This document shows, one piece after another, positions 13,836 through 24,872 of a DNA stretch of 64,000 nt. The translations under genes were made by a program, and so were the position numbers. The first letter of the stretch is position 1. Each line of letters starts with the position of its first letter. The notes beneath the pieces were generated by a model that ran no database searches, was not told where the DNA came from, and saw nothing but the letters and a program-made list of their open reading frames with translations. Origin of the DNA: Octopus sinensis (lineage: Eukaryota); the NCBI RefSeq assembly GCF_006345805.1, contig NC_043000.1, forward strand, positions 50,592,001 to 50,656,000, in the 5' to 3' direction.

Positions 13836-14285
13836 TATTAGCTGCTCAGATAGCTACCCTTGCTAGCTATGCAAACAATACAAAAGCCTCTCAAGGGATA
13901 CAAATCCATGCAGATGTTGTGCGCCAGCAACAGGAGTTGGTCACAATATACAGGTGGGTTGAGGACTATAACAAAGTTTAATGTGTTACACAAACAGCAG
14001 AATGGGACACCTGTACATAGTGTCAAAGATCTCAAAATTGCCATCAGAATACTGGACCAGATACTGCAATCGCTTGGGTTGCAAGGGCCCACAGCTTTTC
14101 AGTATCGTCCCAAAACGTCTGAGAGACTGTCATGTGGTAGATGTAAGTGTTTTCAAAACAAAAATGGATCTTCTCCTGTCAAGAGTCCTGGATGAGCCTA
14201 CCTCGCGACAGGAAACACAGATGAGGGTAGCAACATCCAATTCCCTCATTCACCAAATGCTACATATCAGAGGAGATTTCCAGTA
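13836..14285 (+). mobile_element. CR1/L2-group LINE ORF2 3' end (fossil)
   Basis: ORF 13981-14286 reads GPQLFSIVPKRLRDCHVVDVSVFKTKMDLLLSRVLDEP...ATSNSL, which matches the GP.LFN.LP..IR...FK..LD..L..VPD.P...SNSL C-terminus typical of these LINEs. Confidence 0.75.
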
Positions 14286-15518
14286 ATGTGCCCCAACATG
14301 GCTGCAGCTTTTGAACTGAAATTAGTAAAAGAATAAAAGAAGTGTTTACGTGTGTGTGTGTGTGTGTATCTGCATGTGTGTGTGTATTTACTTTCACATA
14401 TGCACACACACATATATAGACATATATGCATGCACATGCATACATCTATATATATAATGTAGATGGACAGACAGGTAGATTGATTGTGGTGTGTATGTTG
14501 TATGATTTGGTGACTAAGTATTTCTGCATCATTATCATTGCTAACACCATTTTTCCTTTACTGTCACTGAAATTCGAAATTGAATTAAACTTTGCTATTG
14601 TAAAATCTTATGTTATGTATATTAAAATGCATATGATGTTCATATATGATTGGTTGTTTTGGGAATTCCTTTATATTATTGAAATACCTTTGTTTAATTA
14701 TTTATTTGATGTCTCTTGCTCTGGAGAATATTTTGTTGGAACAATTGATTCTATTATGTTGTAGATTTGTGCTGAAATTGTTAAAAGCATATCATTAGCA
14801 ACTTTGTCCTATAAAGTTGTTATGAATTAGTTACTCTTAATATGCTGAACTGAATATTGTTATGACAATCTCCATATCCCCTTGTGGTATTTAAGCTCAG
14901 TTTTGTTTCGATGTATTTAACTACATAACTCTCTTTCAATATAATAATACTGTCCTTCATTCTAACACAATTAAAAATGTTAATACCTTTTATTTAATAG
15001 TTATACAGTTATTACTTCAAAAATTTGTTAGACCTTATCAGTTTGGCCTTTTTTCTAGTAGTTAATATGTGAAGACAGAACAATACCAATGACCCTAGCA
15101 TATAATTCAAGATTGGAGTGAAACCATATTCAAAAATTATCTGGCAAACTTGGGTGTAAAAGCATCCCAGATTTCTGAATTTTCTGGTTTTCCGGAGAAA
15201 GTCTAAATATATACCTAAAATATAAAATAAACTTTGAAAAGAAAAATGCCAAATTGTATTTAACAAATTCAAATGAACTCACTTGTAATGGAGGGTCTGT
15301 TAGATATTTATTAATCCACTTAAAATTCTTAAATATATCATACTGTGACTTGCACATGGTATAATGTTTATAGGATGAAAATTAAATGCAGGAAAATTTA
15401 GAATATATATTTAATGTATATATTTAATATATACATTTACAAATTAATACAAGTTTAAAGTAGAGTATGTTTAATGTTTATCAATCCACTTAGAAAAGTG
15501 AAGAACAAAACTATTTTT

Positions 15519-15634
15519 CAGTTCTATATTTAAGAGATGAGGAGTTATGTATATTATTTGCATTATTTACATTTGATGGATATTTGTCCTAATGTTGAGG
15601 ACAAATATCTGTCAAATGTAAATAATGTAAATAA
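15519..15634. mobile_element. Short fold-back insertion with 12-bp target-site duplication
   Basis: 37-bp inverted arms (15554-15590 and 15598-15634) flanked by AAAACTATTTTT at 15507-15518 and 15633-15644. Confidence 0.7.
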
Positions 15635-16139
15635 AACTATTTTTAACCCACAATATACAAATTAATCAACTTCAAAATCAGAGTCTGCTTACTCAATACA
15701 GGGTACAGTATATTGCATGATATTGCACAGTATTCCCAGACTTCTGGAAATTCTGGATTTCGGAAGCCAGATCAGAGGTCTGCTACTGTATTATCCAGCT
15801 AATGAGGTAGTCAATTTTAACTTGTGAAACAGTAAATAATTTACAAAGCTTATGGTTATATGCTGTTTGTTATATGGTTATATTCAGTGTGTGTATGTGT
15901 GTGCATGCACTTGTTTAGATGCTCATGCAAGCATTGAGATGAATTCCTATATGTTGATAGAACGATTTTGTTTATGCCTTTGGGCAAAACACATGACTCT
16001 CAGACTCCACTTCTTAACTTGGTGGGTAGTGTATCACATTGTAGTAAAAGCAATTATCCTGCTAATGGTAGTAATGGAGGTGGGGTGCATTTCACTTTAA
16101 CATTAGCAATATGAAAAAAATTGAATGTAAACAAGTGTG

Positions 16140-16200
<61 letters not shown>

Positions 16201-16692
16201 AAATGTATGCATATATGTCTTTATGCACGTGTATATATTTGTCTATATACATACATAATACATGCATATATCTATCTATCTATATATACATGCACATACA
16301 CATGCATATATATATATACACACACACACACACACCTACACACACATGTATTGGTATCTATATATATGTCATTCTGTTTACACACACACTCATGCATTGG
16401 TTTTAATTATTATTATTATTATTCCACTTTTTGCATGCTACATTCACTTGACCCTTTATTTTTCTGAAAACATTTATTTCTTTTCCTTTGATACAAACAT
16501 GCAATGGTGGGGCTGGCAGAAAATAGTTTTAACATTTATTTATGTCAAATTCATTGCGTGCCAAAGAATTTTCTTTTTTTTTTTAACTGCCAGAATATTT
16601 TTGATTTGTTTATCAAAATTAAGGAAAAGATACCTTTTTATAACTAATTAAAATAATTTAAAGGACATTTATTAACTTGTTTAAAATAATCC

Positions 16693-16885
16693 TTTTTACT
16701 ATAGGCACAAAACCTGAAATTTGTGGGGAGGGTGCTAATCGATTACACTGACCCCAGTGTTTCACTGGTATTTAATTTATCAACCTCAAAAGGTTGAAAG
16801 GCAAATTCAACCTTGGCCGAATTTTAACTCAAAGCATAGCAACAAGTGAAACACCACTAAGCATTTCATCCAGCGTGCTAACAAT
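16693..16885 (-). mobile_element. Nin-domain-like tRNA SINE (family B)
   Basis: Reverse complement of GGTGAGCTGGCAGAAT...CTTTGCCTTTCATCCTTT..GGGGTTGATAAATTAAGTACCAG...CTTGTGCCTATAGTA. Confidence 0.75.
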
Positions 16886-17029
16886 TCTACCAGCTTACCA
16901 CCTTAAACTTGTTTGAAATAATGGCATGTATAATCGTAACATAAAATGCTTTGATAGAGTATATTTGGTCTCTTGAAATTGACAAATAATGAATGTCAAT
17001 GATAGCTGTCATTTTTGTAAATCTGTCTT

Positions 17030-17332
17030 AAAAAGCACCATCCGATTCGTGGCCATTGCCAGCTTCATCTGGTCTCTGTGCCGGTGGCACGTAAAAAGCA
17101 CCATCCGATCGTGGCTGTTTGCCATCATCGTCTGGCACCTGTGCCGGTGTCACGTAAAAAGCACCCACTACACTAATGGAGTGGTTGGTGTTAGGAAGGG
17201 CATCCAGCTGTAGAAATACTGCCAGATCCGCCTGGGCCTGGTGCAGCCTTCTGGCTTCCCAGACCCCAGTTGAACCGTCCAACCCATGCTAGCATGTAAA
17301 GCAGACGTTAAACGATGATGATGATGATGATG
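17030..17332 (+). mobile_element. SINE family C with tandem ~60-bp internal modules
   Basis: Three AAAAAGCACC module starts, then GGAAGGGCATCCAGCTGTAGAAA, then a (GAT)n tail. Confidence 0.85.
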
Positions 17333-17446
17333 TCTTAAATACCATTTTATCCATTTCAACCATTTGACTGTGAACATCAGAGGGCTTGCATCATAGCATG
17401 CATCAGCGAGGAATGTTTATTTTGCATTATCATTGAATATAGAATT

Positions 17447-17766
17447 CCAGGTATGGCTGTGTGGTAAGAAGTTTGTTTCCCAACTACATGGTTTCAGATT
17501 CAGTCCCACTGGGTGACACCTTGGGCAGGTGTCTTCTGTTATGGCCCCAGGCTGACCCAAGCCTTGTGAATGGATTTGGTAGACAGAAACTGAAAGAAGT
17601 CAGTCACACGTATGCACACACATACACACACACACACACAGAGTAAGAGGAGGGACATGGTATCCAAGCAGATATCAAATTTCTCTGAGTCAATTGTACG
17701 GTTGGTTCCTTCCAGTGGTGCATTTTTTTGTCATCTACCTTCAGCTCCCATTATACTTTCTATCTG

Positions 17767-17817
<51 letters not shown>

Positions 17818-17826
17818 GTATATATA

Positions 17827-17872
<46 letters not shown>

Positions 17873-17920
17873 GGTGCTCCAGCATGGCCACAGTCAAATG
17901 GCTGAAACCAATAAAAGAAA
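17447..17920 (+). mobile_element. SINE family A, interrupted by microsatellites
   Basis: Contains GGCTGTGTGGTAAGAAG...CACCTTGGGCAGGTG...GGTAGACAGAAACTGAAAG, with the tail CCAGCATGGCCACAGTCAAATGGCTGAAAC at about 17880. Confidence 0.7.
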
Positions 17921-18036
17921 AAAAAAATATATATATATTTACATAAAATTAATATAAACACCAGATTGCAATGATGCAGTTAAGTCATGAATCAAAACAG
18001 GGACCATAATTGTTCGAAAAATATGAACCAAGAATT

Positions 18037-18086
18037 CTTAAGATTGATGTCAGTTTTGGCAATTTCCATTGCCATCATCAGTTAAG
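18037..18086 (-). ncRNA. Type-I hammerhead ribozyme motif (G12 position is A)
   Basis: Minus strand reads CTTAA CTGATGA TGGCAAT GGAA ATTGCC AAAAC TGACATCA ATC TTAAG, with a perfect 5-bp stem I and a stem II hairpin. Confidence 0.65.
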
Positions 18087-18499
18087 CCAGCTTGGTGTTT
18101 GGCTATTTCCGCATCTGTTTATCTTTTAACATGTATGTTTGCATCATCCAAATTTATGGATGATTTAGTGATTCGTTAATGTGTATACACAAGATTAATG
18201 TAAACAGAAGGTTGCATTTTTCAGTCAATTATGGTCCCTATTAGTGTATACGTTTTCATTCATGTGCATTAACTACAGCATTAAAGCATTTTAGCTCTTA
18301 TTTCTAACAACGTAGGTGTTTTTTAACACCCTAGTCACATTTAGTGACAATTATAATTCTCGTTTTTGGTGAAACATTGCAACCTGCTGTTTATATTAAT
18401 TTTCTGTATACACATTACCAAATCGTTAAATCATCCATTAATTTGGATGATGCAAACATATATGCTAATAGGGAAACAGGTCTGGAGAGTAGCTGAACA

Positions 18500-18546
18500 C
18501 TGATGATGGCAATGGATATTGCCAAAACTGATGCATCAGTTTTAAG
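18500..18546 (+). ncRNA. Hammerhead motif, second copy (5' stem I deleted)
   Basis: Reads CTGATGA TGGCAAT GGAT ATTGCC AAA ACTGATGCATCAGT T TTAAG. The stem III region ACTGATGCATCAGT is a perfect 14-nt palindrome. Confidence 0.55.
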
Positions 18547-19762
18547 AATTCTCGGTCAGTATTTTTCAGACGTTTATGGTCTCTGTTAATGTATGTTTTC
18601 ATTCATGTGCGTTACATGCAACATTAGAGCATTTTAGCTCTTATTTCTAGCAATGTAGGTGTTTTTTAACACCCTAGTCACATTTAGTGCCAATTATATA
18701 TATATATATGGGGATTGGATGTATGTGTGTTTGTGCGCATGTGATTGTCTCTCTTTTTCTTAATATTATGTTATAGTTGTAAATGATTGTCACTGTCATA
18801 CAGGCAGTGTCATTCATCTCCAATATACTGAGTACATGTCAGGCCATGCAAAATATTACCTTGTTTGGAAACAGGTGAAAGGTCAGTGACAGAAAGTGTG
18901 CCTGATCATAAGAAGAAATCTGCCTCAATAAAACTTCATTGAAGCCATGCAAGCATGGAATAGTGGGTGTTAAAATGATGACGATAAAAGATTTCCAGCT
19001 CATTTTACTTAAATTTGTTTCAAAATTGAAACTGACTTAAAGATAGAATAAGAATGAAGATTAACAGTGAATTTCTCTTTATCACTTTACATCTGCTTAT
19101 GAAGACAATGAATTTGTAAGATAAACTAAGTATGAACAAGATATAAATGTTTGTTTGTGTGTGTGTATGTATTTGTGACTGTGTATGTACATGTGTGTAT
19201 AAGTATATTTGTATATGTTTGTGTATATATATATATTTGTGTGTGTGTCTATGTATATGTATCAAAATTCACCAAAACAGATTGTAATGTCTATAGCATG
19301 ACCCATGTGTGTGTGTGCATGTACCTTCTGTCTATCTTTCCATCTATTTGTACATACACCTCCCACACATACACATGGCCACACATTATATATAATGTGT
19401 ATATACACGTCTATATAGAAGTCTCTCAGGATAGGTTAAATTCTCGTGGATGAGAATTCTAATGGCTCAGACAGAACTTTTCCTTGGATGGATGCATGTG
19501 TGTATGTTTATGTTGGTCATGATGTGCATAATAGACATTCCTGCGCATGATGAGAATAATATTAATTGCCACAAACTAGAGATTACAATTCATAATGCAA
19601 GGCATTTCAATGATGTAAAATCATTGAAAACTATTACGATATATCATTCTTGTCCACTATAAATTCAATGTTCATGAATTACAAAACCATTGTTTCTCAA
19701 TTTTAATATTGAGACCAAGTACAGTGAAATATATTCCACTGACTTTCTGTTTAATTTTACAG

Positions 19763-19797
19763 GCAATGTACCTTTATTTGTCCTAGCAATGGCAGAT
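19763..19797 (+). CDS. Candidate internal coding micro-exon (35 nt) of an unidentified gene
   Basis: Acceptor ttctgtttaattttacAG and donor GTATGT. Open as xNVPLFVLAMAD or as QCTFICPSNGR, and both frames stay open when joined to 22961-23015. Confidence 0.35.
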
Positions 19798-19891
19798 GTA
19801 TGTCAACAAGTTTCTGTTAAATTCATATACTTAATTTTGAACACACACACACACAGATGCATATATAAATCAGGCATGGCTGTGTGTTTAA

Positions 19892-20111
19892 CTCTTTTGC
19901 TACTAACTCGGCCAAAACTGGTTCTGGCTCTATGGTAAAATGTCTTGTTTTCCTAAGTTTTGAATTAAAATATTCCACCAAGCCTTAGTCACAATTTATG
20001 TTCCTAACACTAGCTTGATGATACGTAAGTTATTTTACTAAATTCTTTGTTATATTTAAAATAATTGAAAGAAACACAGAGCATCTCAAAATAAATACAG
20101 TAACGAAAGGG
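19892..20111. mobile_element. TTAA-flanked (piggyBac-like) MITE inserted into a family-A SINE
   Basis: TTAA at 19888-19891 and 20112-20115. Imperfect TIRs CTCTTTTGCTACT / AGTAACGAAAGGG. The SINE head GGCTGTGTG.TTAA|GAAGTT..CTAACTACATGGTTCTGGGTTCAG is split at the TTAA. Confidence 0.75.
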
Positions 20112-20375
20112 TTAAGAAGTTTTCTTCCTAACTACATGGTTCTGGGTTCAGTGTCCCACTGCATGGTATCTTGAGCAAACATTTTCCTTAGGTAAGCATC
20201 CATTTTCCCTAGCTATGTGTTACTATCTAACCAGTCTCTCTGATCATGGCTTTATCTATGGAATTCCCCATCTAACTGGATTTATTTGGATCTCTCCTCC
20301 TTCTCTGGACATAAAGAACCACAATAACTATCATTTATGAAGAAATTTATTCCACTGTTTCATATGTTTAACCTA

Positions 20376-20468
20376 TCTCACTCTGATGATGGAATATTCA
20401 GCATATGAAGTTTTCACTGGGTATGATGTTTTAATAACTGGGACTCCCAGAAACAGCAGTCAGAGACT
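20376..20468 (+). ncRNA. Minimal type-I hammerhead ribozyme motif with intact catalytic core
   Basis: Reads TCTCACT CTGATGA (20383-20389) TGG...CCA GAAAC (20450-20454) AGCA GTC (20459-20461) AGAGACT. Confidence 0.6.
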
Positions 20469-20832
20469 ATCTCTACCTTTCATTATATAGGTTTCATTTC
20501 ATTTATTATATAGTTTTTATTTCATTATATAGCTGAATTATATAGCTAAATTAAATTAAATGTCTTTGTCAAATCTTGCTAAATTGTTTGGCTTTCCTTT
20601 ATACTTTAACCTGTACCTACAGACTCAAGGAGAAGTCACTTCTAGCTGCTTTGATTAAGGTAGTTACAAAAACCACAACTTGAACTGCTTTTCAAACTGG
20701 AATTTCAGTGACATACCTACTTGAGTACTCAGAGCACATACCTATTAGTTTGAGCTACCCTGATGAAAACTCCTTGAATCTTTTGTGGATGTGTGTGTGT
20801 TTATGTATATATGCATTATTCTTATTCTTAAT

Positions 20833-21003
20833 AAGGTGGTGAGATGGTAGAATCAAGCATTTTGTCTCTTTTTATTTTCTGAGTTCAAATACCATTCTTT
20901 TGGGATAGGATCAATGGAATGAGTGCCCATTGAGCATTGGGATCAATGTAATCAACTGGCACCCTCCTGCCAAAATTTCGGGCTTTGTGCTTATAGTGGA
21001 AAG
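20833..21003 (+). mobile_element. Nin-like SINE (family B), internally deleted
   Basis: Contains AAGGTGGTGAGATGGTAGAATC...TTCTGAGTTCAAAT...GGGCTTTGTGCTTATAGTGGAAAG followed by (ATT)n. Confidence 0.65.
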
Positions 21004-21022
21004 TATTATTATTATTATTATT

Positions 21023-22648
21023 AGTGAGTGAGAGAGCCGTGCATGCCATGAAAGTGTTACTAGGGTAAAATATACGAAGCCCAGTATACCCATCATGACT
21101 ACCCATCTGATAAGGGCATACCAGGAACATGCATCACAACCATATGTGCATGACATGGTGATTTCATATGAAGATTAACAGCACATGACCTTGCAGGTGG
21201 GGCCCAGTAGAATTTCCTTCAGGTCGAGTAGCCCACCCCTCTCAAAAGGTCCCTGAATAAGGGTTGTTTAAGGATGATGAATGAAACACCCATGTTTCCA
21301 AAGGTGAATTATACAAACCCCAATGAATTCCACTCAACAAATGTCTAAGATGTTCTCCTGCTACTTTTGCTCATGATTAGAGATGCACATATTGCCAATC
21401 GTCAAGGGACATGCTCAACTGGGCATTGAGCAGAGTATTTGCTGTAGCCCATCTTTTATAGCAAGACAAAACAATGTACATTATAACACTTCCAATCAGT
21501 TGAGATGAGAAGCCAAGAGAGCCACTGCCTGGTACTGCATCTGGGCATTTATTATATTATTATTATTATTATTAGTGAGTGAGAGAGCCGTGCATGCCAT
21601 GAAAGTGTTACTAGGGTAAAATATACGAAGCCCAGTATACCCATCATGACTACCCATCTGATAAGGGCATACCAGGAACATGCATCACAACCATATGTGC
21701 ATGACATGGTGATTTCATATGAAGATTAACAGCACATGACCTTGCAGGTGGGGCCCAGTAGAATTTCCTTCAGGTCGAGTAGCCCACCCCTCTCAAAAGG
21801 TCCCTGAATAAGGGTTGTTTAAGGATGATGAATGAAACACCCATGTTTCCAAAGGTGAATTATACAAACCCCAATGAATTCCACTCAACAAATGTCTAAG
21901 ATGTTCTCCTGCTACTTTTGCTCATGATTAGAGATGCACATATTGCCAATCGTCAAGGGACATGCTCAACTGGGCATTGAGCAGAGTATTTGCTGTAGCC
22001 CATCTTTTATAGCAAGACAAAACAATGTACATTATAACACTTCCAATCAGTTGAGATGAGAAGCCAAGAGAGCCACTGCCTGGTACTGCATCTGGGCATT
22101 TATTATATTATTATTATTATTATTAGTGAGTGAGAGAGCCGTGCATGCCATGAAAGTGTTACTAGGGTAAAATATACGAAGCCCAGTATACCCATCATGA
22201 CTACCCATCTGATAAGGGCATACCAGGAACATGCATCACAACCATATGTGCATGACATGGTGATTTCATATGAAGATTAACAGCACATGACCTTGCAGGT
22301 GGGGCCCAGTAGAATTTCCTTCAGGTCGAGTAGCCCACCCCTCTCAAAAGGTCCCTGAATAAGGGTTGTTTAAGGATGATGAATGAAACACCCATGTTTC
22401 CAAAGGTGAATTATACAAACCCCAATGAATTCCACTCAACAAATGTCTAAGATGTTCTCCTGCTACTTTTGCTCATGATTAGAGATGCACATATTGCCAA
22501 TCGTCAAGGGACATGCTCAACTGGGCATTGAGCAGAGTATTTGCTGTAGCCCATCTTTTATAGCAAGACAAAACAATGTACATTATAACACTTCCAATCA
22601 GTTGAGATGAGAAGCCAAGAGAGCCACTGCCTGGTACTGCATCTGGGC

Positions 22649-22683
<35 letters not shown>
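21023..22683. repeat. Tandem triplication of a 551-bp unit separated by (ATT)n
   Basis: Units start AGTGAGTGAGAGAGCCGTGCATGCC at 21023, 21574 and 22125. Identical minus-strand ORFs at 21496-21681 and 22047-22232 confirm the 551-bp period. Confidence 0.95.
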
Positions 22684-22684
<1 letters not shown>

Positions 22685-22740
22685 ACCCTACAATAATATT
22701 GAGTCATTTTTCTTCTGACATTCAACACTAAATATGTGTG

Positions 22741-22787
<47 letters not shown>

Positions 22788-22960
22788 GTGTTCTATTTCC
22801 ACATCTGCTTGATGTGGATCATGTAGGTGTATATATATGAATATGAGTGTATGTGTATCTACACACACACACATTCATGTGCAAATATTTTGAACAATTT
22901 TTATCATTTCTCTCATTGAATATATTCATTAGGTACTAAAAAGTTTCATTTATTTTTCAG

Positions 22961-23015
22961 GTTTTATGGCCAGATCTGAGATTTTCATGTGGTTTTTCCA
23001 AAGTCACACATTATG
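22961..23015 (+). CDS. Candidate internal coding exon (55 nt) of an unidentified gene
   Basis: Strong acceptor tttcatttatttttcAG and canonical donor G|GTAAGT. Open as VLWPDLRFSCGFSKVTHY or as FMARSEIFMWFFQSHTL, and lies in non-repetitive sequence. Confidence 0.5.
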
Positions 23016-23206
23016 GTAAGTACATTTCGCTAATAATTTCACATTACAAATTGTATATAATATTGATACTGTTGTTTTGTTACGTAAATATCTAGTGTTA
23101 AATGTATTATAAACCTAGTTTAGATATTTTAGGTTATGATGGTATAATAATTTAATAACCTTTATCTATATTTCTGTTTTAATTGTATTTGAACCACTTC
23201 AACTAC

Positions 23207-23247
23207 ATATGTAATATATATATAATATATATATATGTATGTATATG

Positions 23248-23322
<75 letters not shown>

Positions 23323-23379
23323 CATACATGATGATGATGATATATATATAACAATGATAAATCTCAGAGCGAATATATG

Positions 23380-23412
<33 letters not shown>

Positions 23413-23434
23413 TGATAAATATATATATATATAC

Positions 23435-23468
<34 letters not shown>

Positions 23469-24069
23469 CATACATATATATAATATATATATATATACTA
23501 TATATATATGTAATATATATACATATATATATATATATTATATATATATATATATTATATATATATACATATATATATTGTATATATATATATATATATG
23601 TATATATATACATATATATATATGTATATATATATATATTATTATATATACATATATATATATGTAGATATATATACATATATATATATATATATGTATA
23701 TATATACATATATATATATGTATATATATATATATTATATATATATACTATATATATATATATGTATATATATATACTATATATATATATATATATTATA
23801 TATATATACTATATATATATGTATATCTATATATTATATATATATACATATATATATATACATATATAATATATATATTATATATATATACATATATATA
23901 TATATATTATATATATATAATATATTATATATATATATATATTATATAATATATATATTATATATATATATACATATATATATATATTATATATATATAC
24001 ATATATATAATGTATATATATATACATATATATATATATATTATATATATATACATTATATATATATAT

Positions 24070-24105
<36 letters not shown>

Positions 24106-24232
24106 ATATATTATATATATATATCTATTATATATATATATATTATATATATATATATGTATATATTATATATACATATATATATACATACATATATATA
24201 ATATACACATATGTATATATATATATATATAT
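23207..24232. repeat. ~1-kb imperfect (TA)n microsatellite
   Basis: Directly visible, and the source of the spurious YI-repeat ORFs. Confidence 0.95.
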
Positions 24233-24233
24233 A

Positions 24234-24555
24234 GTGAGGGCGCGTGGCTTAGTGGTTAGGGCATTCGGCTCATGATTGTAAGGTTGTGAGTTCAATTCCC
24301 GGCGACGCGTTATGTCCTTGAGCAAGACACTTTATTTCACGTTGCTCCAGTCCACTCAGCTGGCAAAAATGAGTTGTACTTGTATTTCAAAGGGTCAGCC
24401 TTGTCACTCTCTGTGTCACGCTGATTATCCCCGAGAACTACGTTAAGGGTACACGTGTCTGTGGAATGCTCAGCCATTTGCACGTTAATTTCACGAGCAA
24501 GCTGTTCCGTTGATCATATCAGCTGGGACCCTCGTCGTCATAACTGGCGGAGTCT
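24234..24555 (+). mobile_element. Young full-length tRNA-derived CORE-like SINE
   Basis: A box GGCTTAGTGGTTAG, B box GAGTTCAATTCCC and CORE-like TGTCCTTGAGCAAGACACTT. CpGs are retained. Confidence 0.9.
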
Positions 24556-24822
24556 TATATATATATATACATATATATATACATACATATATATAATATA
24601 CACATATGTATATATATATATACATACATACATATAATATACATATATGTATATATATATACATAAAATAGATATATGTTTATATATATGCGTGTATATA
24701 CGTACATTTAATTAAGTATATATATGTGCATATATATATGCATATATATATATATATACACACACACACCTGTGTGTATATATTTATATATGTATATGTG
24801 TGTGTAGGTAGGTATATATGGG

Positions 24823-24872
<50 letters not shown>

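Larger units (their letters stand above)
17996..18697 (+). mobile_element. Penelope-like pseudo-LTR arrangement (inverted plus tandem repeat) with two hammerhead motifs
   Basis: 17996-18216 is the reverse complement of about 18378-18587, and 18218-18357 is directly repeated at about 18561-18697. Followed by (TA)n. Confidence 0.75.

Noticed and set aside
15004-15790. Possible Tigger/pogo-like MITE (CCAGA..TCTGGA motifs, ACTGTA end; similar motif near 57800)
   Set aside because: I could not match a left TIR to the right end, so the boundaries are unsupported.
22588-22650. Faint resemblance of ATCAGTT.AGAT and CCTGGTACTGCA to U2 snRNA segments
   Set aside because: The matches are short, and the U2 5' end, branch-point recognition sequence and Sm site are absent.
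21023-22683. CRISPR-like array or hammerhead retrozyme interpretation of the 551-bp repeats
   Set aside because: There are no unique spacers, and I found no CTGANGA/GAAA hammerhead fold in the unit on either strand.
23183-24275. Longest ORFs in the track (228 and 225 aa, YI repeats) and similar ORFs at 16111, 45823 and 62081
   Set aside because: These are translations of (TA)n/(ATT)n/(CA)n microsatellites, which lack stop codons by composition.
24238-24305. tRNA gene-like A/B boxes (also at 54468 and about 35750-35815)
   Set aside because: These are SINE heads that continue into CORE-like bodies, with no complete cloverleaf.
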